From an uncultured virus (IMG/VR IMGVR_UViG_3300032677_000014) (taxonomy: Duplodnaviria > Heunggongvirae > Uroviricota > Caudoviricetes), in the IMG/VR virus record IMGVR_UViG_3300032677_000014: 28,325 nt of DNA; one strand, 5' to 3'. The position numbers and the translations under genes were made by a program. Shown here one piece after another: positions 23,901-28,325 of this stretch; position 1 is the first letter of the stretch; every line of letters starts with the position of its first letter. Under the pieces are notes generated by a model. That model made no database searches. It was not told the origin of the DNA and saw only the letters and a program-made list of their open reading frames with translations.

Positions 23901-26900
23901 CGAACCTGTGGAATACGGCGTCCAATAATTTCATCTAACTGACGTAAAGTAAAAGCACCCAAATAATATTGACGAGCAGTATCATTAACGCTGGTTAAAA
24001 AGTTTTTTATGGCATCTTTAGCCATACTAAATTCGGGTTTACCATTAAACAAATTATTAACGTAACCAAGATTACCTGGGTTAGTCGGCATCATCCCAGA
24101 TAGTACCGTGCGTATCTTGGCAGGTACAACCGCTGGACTAGCTACATAGCCATTGACTACAGGAGTAGGACGCATAATAGCATCGGCATGGGCTAGGGTA
24201 TACCCTAATACGTTATCTAATTTAAATAACTTAATAACGCTTTGAACAAACTTGCTCCATAAACCAGTGTCAGTGCCACGATACTTCATGGCTTTTAGAT
24301 AGTCTTGGAATTCCCAATTTGAATAGGCTTCTGCTACAAACTCATGAATGTTGTTAAAGCCATAATAAATTTCATCATATATAAATTTACGACCATTTAC
24401 TTCAATGTATTTATTATCTGTCAAACCTTTAACCATATGCTTATCAAACTGTTCAGTTGCATGGGCATATAGTTCTTTTAATTCATTAACAGCTTCTTTT
24501 TGTTGCTGGCTTAGATCGTTATAGTTTTGCTCATCTAAAGAATAGTAAGTAGCAGCGTGGGTTAATTCATGCAAGAAAACACCCTCACTAAAACCAAACG
24601 CTTTACTATTTAAATTAATAGTATTCCAAGCATCTACATAAATACCAGGTGAATCTAGTGTTACAACAGCATCATGAAAAGCCTCTAGCGCTTTGTTAAA
24701 TTGTGCAAGAATAGGAGAAAACTCTTCGATAGATATATTAGGTTTATTAACAGCTATTTCTGATAAGCCTTTATATATGTCTCTAATGTTTTGTTCATTA
24801 GTAGGGGATTTATCTAAACCATATTTTTTAATAAGCTCATTGCCCCACTCGTAGCTTTGGAAATGTTGAAGCACCATGCGGCGTTGACCATTGGCTTCTT
24901 TAACTAAACGGACTGCCATAGTTTCTTGATTGTCAGTAAGCAAAGAAGTCTGCAAATTCAGATCAAGCAAACGCTGAGCTAACTTAGCGTTAAACTTAAC
25001 TTTATTACTAGCTTGTGGGCTAGGGGTTTTAGCCAGTAAAGTTAATGCACCTTTTAAATCGCCCTGTTGTATTTTAGCTACAACGCCTGGGTGTAATTGA
25101 TAAAAGTCTTTTGGATCTAGCTTAACAACTTCGCCAGGCTTTTTATTTAAACCAGCATCGAACACACCCGGTACTTTTCCAGTAGGTGCTCGGCCTAACA
25201 TTCTTTCATAGATAGTACCAACTTTGCCAGTTTGCTGGCGTTTGTTCATGTTTTCTATGGCTTGATCAGCACGTGCAATCTCACGTTTGTATTCGTTAAC
25301 TGTAGCTTCAAAGCGGCGGAACTCTTGGGCAGGTAAATTTTCTTCTACCCACTTAGCAAATTCTTTAGCTGTCTCAGATGTTTGCCCTGCATATGTACTA
25401 CCATTAGAGCGGCTATTAAACGGAACGGCTAAATCAAACGCAGCCGAGCGCATTGCAGTTATATATGGCCAAGCTCTAAAGTAAGTATGCGCAGCATTAT
25501 CTGCTGAAGTTCTTTCATCTTTAGGTATATTTTCTAAATCTCTAATGGCTTTATTAATACGTCTCTCGACCAATGGGTCGGTGCTACGCATAGTATCTCT
25601 AGAGCTATATGGCAGCGCAGAATCATCTTGACCTGTACGGCGGCGATCATACCTAGATACTGCATCATAAAACTTTTCACGCAGCTCTTTAATACCACGT
25701 ACGGTATTTATATTAGGTAAACGTAATAAACTTCTAAAAGCATTTGTTTGGTCAGTAACCGACATGCCAGGTAATTGCTTAACCAGACCAGAAGTTAAAG
25801 CTTCTTTTTCTTTTGGTGCAAGGCTTAGGCTATCAAAGAAATTATTTAAAACTGCCATGCGTTTATCAAGTTCTGGGCCTGGCTCTAATGGAGCGCTTAC
25901 ATCTGGACCAGTAACGGGCGTAGGTTCTGGTTGCCCTTCTTCTTGATAACGTTTAACTTCTTCTGTACTTTTACCACCAACAAATTCGGCAACGTCATTA
26001 AGGAAACCCTTAACGTTATTGTGGTATTGAGAAACTTGTTCTGGTGTTATGGTGGCAGGTTTAATGCTATTAAAAAAAGTTGTAATGGGAGCCATTACAT
26101 TTTCGGCTGGGCCGACCAGATTCATACGAGCCGTCTCTGGTTCTTCAATAGGCTCGGGCGCTTTCATTTCTGGCAGCTTGCCTTGCTGTTCTAGTTGCAT
26201 ACCCGCTTCTTTAGCAGGCGGAACGGTCATTTCTTCTGGGGCTGGTTGTTCGGGCGCATTAAAATCAAACCCAATTTGGCCTGGTGCTTTTGGCTTACGT
26301 GCGCCGACTACGGCAATTTTTGGTTCTTCTTCAGCTTCTACTGGTTCAGATTTAACTTCTGCACGTGCTTGCTCTAAAGATTTAGCTTCTTCTTGTAACC
26401 CAAATAAATGTTCTTTTGCTTGGTCGACCCGTTCATCGTTAGGATCAACTTCACTTATATCTTTAATATAAGCACGAGCGCTATTTATTTTTTTATTTAC
26501 TTCTTCTAATTTATTGTCGAGTTCTTCTTCTCGTGTTGTAACACCGCCAGCAGGTAGCTCAGTTCTTCCCATGCCTCCGGCGGTAGTTCCTGCAATTCCT
26601 GACTCGGCTCCGCCTTGTTCTCCAGGCACAGAAACGCCAGGCTCACTTGTTCCGGCGACATTTCCAGTATTTTCATAGTTTGTAGCCTCCGTGAAAGCGT
26701 TATTATCTGCGGGTGGTGTTGGTAGAGGCTGACCATTTCTATCTAATCCTTTTGCCGCTAACTCTTTTCTAGCTGCCCGTGTTTCATGTAACCCACCAAC
26801 AGCACCTAATGGTGATTGTAAAATACTACCGTAAATAGCTGCTCCGTACCCTTCAATAGCTTCTTTAGAAAATAAGTCTTCTCCAGCTTGGGCACGCTGT

Positions 26901-27703
26901 AAAATATCTTGTGCTGGGTTAACAAATGATTCTTCTAAAGCTACTTTACCTGCACCTTTAGCAACAGAAGCCAATGTAGATTTTGCAGATTCAACAAGAG
27001 CTTCTTGGGCCGCAGCTTTTTCTACCGCAGTAACAGGCATTTTGCCGACAATGCTTTTAAGTAAGTTTTTGCCGTAGGCATATGCCATACCAGCTTCTTC
27101 TAAACCGGCTTGACCGGCAGCAGCTAATGCAGCTTTGCCTCTATTAACATCAACAGGTTCCCCTTTTTCTTGCTGATCTCTAGCCTGTTCAGCTAAGTTT
27201 TCTGCATAAAATTGTGGAAATAAAGCTAAAGCACCGCCAAGGTATCCGCCGATAGTTGTACCAATACCAGGCATAATCGCAGTACCAATTGCAGCGCCCC
27301 CTACGTTACCAGCAATAGCCGTAGACATTTGACCTGTACTAGATGCGATAGCGCCAGGCGCTTGTGATGCGACTTCTCCAACAGCACCAATAATGCCGTC
27401 GTTTTTATACGCTTCACTTAGTTCATCAAGCCCACGAACGTGGCCTGTTTCTTTTTGTATTTCTTCTTGGCGTTTAGCCGCTTCTTTAGCTGCCTCATTA
27501 GGAGACATTAAAGATTTTAAAAATGTATCGTAGTCGGCACCGACTTGTTTAAATCCACCTACTAATTGACTAACTGTAGTAGCTTCTTTTTCTGGCTCTT
27601 CTTCTTTTTTAAGGGCGGCCTCTACCGCTTTATCTTTTTCCCAAAAGTTATCAGCTGCCGGTGCTTTGTTAGCAACAACATCATTCTGCCAAAAATCAGC
27701 CAT
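20963..27703 (-). CDS. large internal virion/ejection (polyvalent-type) protein with zincin-like metallopeptidase motif
   Basis: 2246 aa; AAGGA RBS; Gly/Ala-rich hydrophobic N-terminal part; FLHELTH plus downstream HEFVAEA; PYFPIRRFG, FDYS-x-x-NKP, QFKQF motifs. Confidence 0.8.
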   Translation of the reverse strand: MADFWQNDVVANKAPAADNFWEKDKAVEAALKKEEEPEKEATTVSQLVGGFKQVGADYDTFLKSLMSPNEAAKEAAKRQEEIQKETGHVRGLDELSEAYKNDGIIGAVGEVASQAPGAIASSTGQMSTAIAGNVGGAAIGTAIMPGIGTTIGGYLGGALALFPQFYAENLAEQARDQQEKGEPVDVNRGKAALAAAGQAGLEEAGMAYAYGKNLLKSIVGKMPVTAVEKAAAQEALVESAKSTLASVAKGAGKVALEESFVNPAQDILQRAQAGEDLFSKEAIEGYGAAIYGSILQSPLGAVGGLHETRAARKELAAKGLDRNGQPLPTPPADNNAFTEATNYENTGNVAGTSEPGVSVPGEQGGAESGIAGTTAGGMGRTELPAGGVTTREEELDNKLEEVNKKINSARAYIKDISEVDPNDERVDQAKEHLFGLQEEAKSLEQARAEVKSEPVEAEEEPKIAVVGARKPKAPGQIGFDFNAPEQPAPEEMTVPPAKEAGMQLEQQGKLPEMKAPEPIEEPETARMNLVGPAENVMAPITTFFNSIKPATITPEQVSQYHNNVKGFLNDVAEFVGGKSTEEVKRYQEEGQPEPTPVTGPDVSAPLEPGPELDKRMAVLNNFFDSLSLAPKEKEALTSGLVKQLPGMSVTDQTNAFRSLLRLPNINTVRGIKELREKFYDAVSRYDRRRTGQDDSALPYSSRDTMRSTDPLVERRINKAIRDLENIPKDERTSADNAAHTYFRAWPYITAMRSAAFDLAVPFNSRSNGSTYAGQTSETAKEFAKWVEENLPAQEFRRFEATVNEYKREIARADQAIENMNKRQQTGKVGTIYERMLGRAPTGKVPGVFDAGLNKKPGEVVKLDPKDFYQLHPGVVAKIQQGDLKGALTLLAKTPSPQASNKVKFNAKLAQRLLDLNLQTSLLTDNQETMAVRLVKEANGQRRMVLQHFQSYEWGNELIKKYGLDKSPTNEQNIRDIYKGLSEIAVNKPNISIEEFSPILAQFNKALEAFHDAVVTLDSPGIYVDAWNTINLNSKAFGFSEGVFLHELTHAATYYSLDEQNYNDLSQQQKEAVNELKELYAHATEQFDKHMVKGLTDNKYIEVNGRKFIYDEIYYGFNNIHEFVAEAYSNWEFQDYLKAMKYRGTDTGLWSKFVQSVIKLFKLDNVLGYTLAHADAIMRPTPVVNGYVASPAVVPAKIRTVLSGMMPTNPGNLGYVNNLFNGKPEFSMAKDAIKNFLTSVNDTARQYYLGAFTLRQLDEIIGRRIPQVREFINSTERMLDSRNQQLEKTRDIINPWMEWQNKNPKESEKLNALMIDSTLLGEDPDAKNGKTSDKDINDAWNNLSDQAKDIYRKVRDFYKQQYENYVSIILDNKKQSMLGAGFSEADIAAHDRIKKLNITGIKELRARLEKKGLAEPDIRATIAAGIKEALLAKGFTNEEIDAHNQLFAIEDHFARNKVEPYFPIRRFGKFSAQFFKGKQKEFYTFESSFARDKFVRKRLEELGKTFDRQNDLHLGNSIQDLTSSNLQDFEFLKNLKDMIQNTQGADTTELRGNLNDALDQLYYLTLPDKSVRKMFLNRKGTAGMDKDMLRAFAQSAFHMAYQQSRFKFSRELSGHLERARQFAFDKGDIEGKVDKDYVKELSERYKLIMNPPDSGPVAGFLSGASFVWYMTSPASAITNMLGVPAVGFPVISARYGAGGTARAMRDYASKFMKSGLRDADGNLNFFSLSNNENILSKLEREAYDQFVADGLLDVTLPHDIVGLAETPSNLYKARFQKAMNWVSMPFHVTERANREIVAMTSYKLAYEKFMSKGYSEKAAQEKAIETAKDLTYKSMFDYSTLNKPRYFQNPSLKVILQFKQFSQQMTYLLARSAYESIGKQYLPYKDLVAMENEAKNNRTKFDPKMQEMLNDLRSIRESIREDHRQNKPGLPPLTEDELAKATDDFIKETRREARARLAGTLGMTAIFAGATGLPLWWLVSGIMNAMHAVFGDEDDTWDFDNWFKNWCAHTFGGFVGDSISRGIISQTLGANVADRLSLNDLWFRDARKSPDEVTAMQNFVFNALGPTAGLAMSFADASKQWREGNLERAIETASPAFVKNFLKGGRFAVEGRATTLRGNELVGDITGAEAGWQALGFTPERVAQRQKADIEMKAAEQQILNRRQSLLDAFFMGIDNQDADMVDRTMERIGQFNLANPGVAITGRNLSRSVRGRFKQRILAETTGGIPINKKLIGELSSMGDYGDPDE

Positions 27704-27711
27704 GGTTATCC

Positions 27712-28325
27712 TTAACCTTTAACACGAACGGTACCGTCAGGCGCAACATAATGTGCTCCAGATGGTAGCTTATCATACTCCGCTTTGGTAGTTACTGGTG
27801 CTCCGGCGGTGTTAGCCGTACCAGTGTTTTTAGCCGCATTTTGTGGTCCTGTACCTTGTGGTCCTAAAGCCTGCATATAATCTTGAATCATGCCTTCACG
27901 CATAGCACGTGCAGCTTGCTGGTCTTCTGGCTTCTTACTCATTTTAAGCGCCATATACTTAGTATCTTGATTTAATATGCTGTCGGCATGATACATGGCG
28001 GTCATTCTAGCTGTAGCATCTCTAGCATCTAAACCTTTAACTTGTTTATAAGCTTCGCCATAAGAAATACCTTGAGTATTCATGAGGTCTTGAATTGCTT
28101 TACTTTCGATAGCAGCAGATTGACCAGCAGCATTAGCATGAATTCTAGCCACATCAAGCTCTGTTTTATTCCGTAGGGCGGAGTCATAATCTTTAAAGCC
28201 ACCGTCAACGTCACCTTCAGCAAACTTACGTTGTGCTTCAGACATATCAGATTCTGTTTTAGCGGCAGCAACTTTAGCAGCTTCATTAGCATCGTAAGCT
28301 TTTTCAATGCTTGGTAACGCAGCTT
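27712..28325 (-). CDS. putative internal virion protein, 5'-truncated by window edge
   Basis: Frame stays open from 28245 to the window end; Ala/Gln-rich; C-terminal EYDKLPSGAHYVAPDG-x-x-R-x-K motif. Confidence 0.7.
   Translation of the reverse strand, partial: AALPSIEKAYDANEAAKVAAAKTESDMSEAQRKFAEGDVDGGFKDYDSALRNKTELDVARIHANAAGQSAAIESKAIQDLMNTQGISYGEAYKQVKGLDARDATARMTAMYHADSILNQDTKYMALKMSKKPEDQQAARAMREGMIQDYMQALGPQGTGPQNAAKNTGTANTAGAPVTTKAEYDKLPSGAHYVAPDGTVRVKG

Overview
Segment of a tailed dsDNA bacteriophage genome; there are no host housekeeping genes, and genes are dense and translationally coupled. From left to right: (1) 1-3587 (+), a string of small early-type ORFs joined by a recurring RBS/start/stop junction motif. 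(2) 3559-8156 (-), a replication module: Toprim primase, sigma-4-like HTH, RadD/YejH-like SF2 helicase, ParB-like protein and RusA-like resolvase, with two structured non-coding regions. (3) 8241-10724 (+), an accessory block with a SAM methyltransferase and two paralogous genes built from repeat-delimited in-frame modules. (4) 10721-20880 (+), a second, independent replication module: family A DNA polymerase, Cas4-like nuclease, HNH protein, SNF2 helicase, putative SSB, Cro-like HTH and a primase-helicase fusion. It ends in a candidate sRNA complementary to the RBS of one of its own genes. (5) 20963-28325 (-), virion/ejection-type genes including a 2246-aa protein with a zincin-like motif. 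The most notable observations are the modular repeat-based gene architecture, the two replisomes (natural mosaic or assembly chimera) and several candidate ncRNAs. All product calls come from motifs read by eye; no database search or folding program was run.
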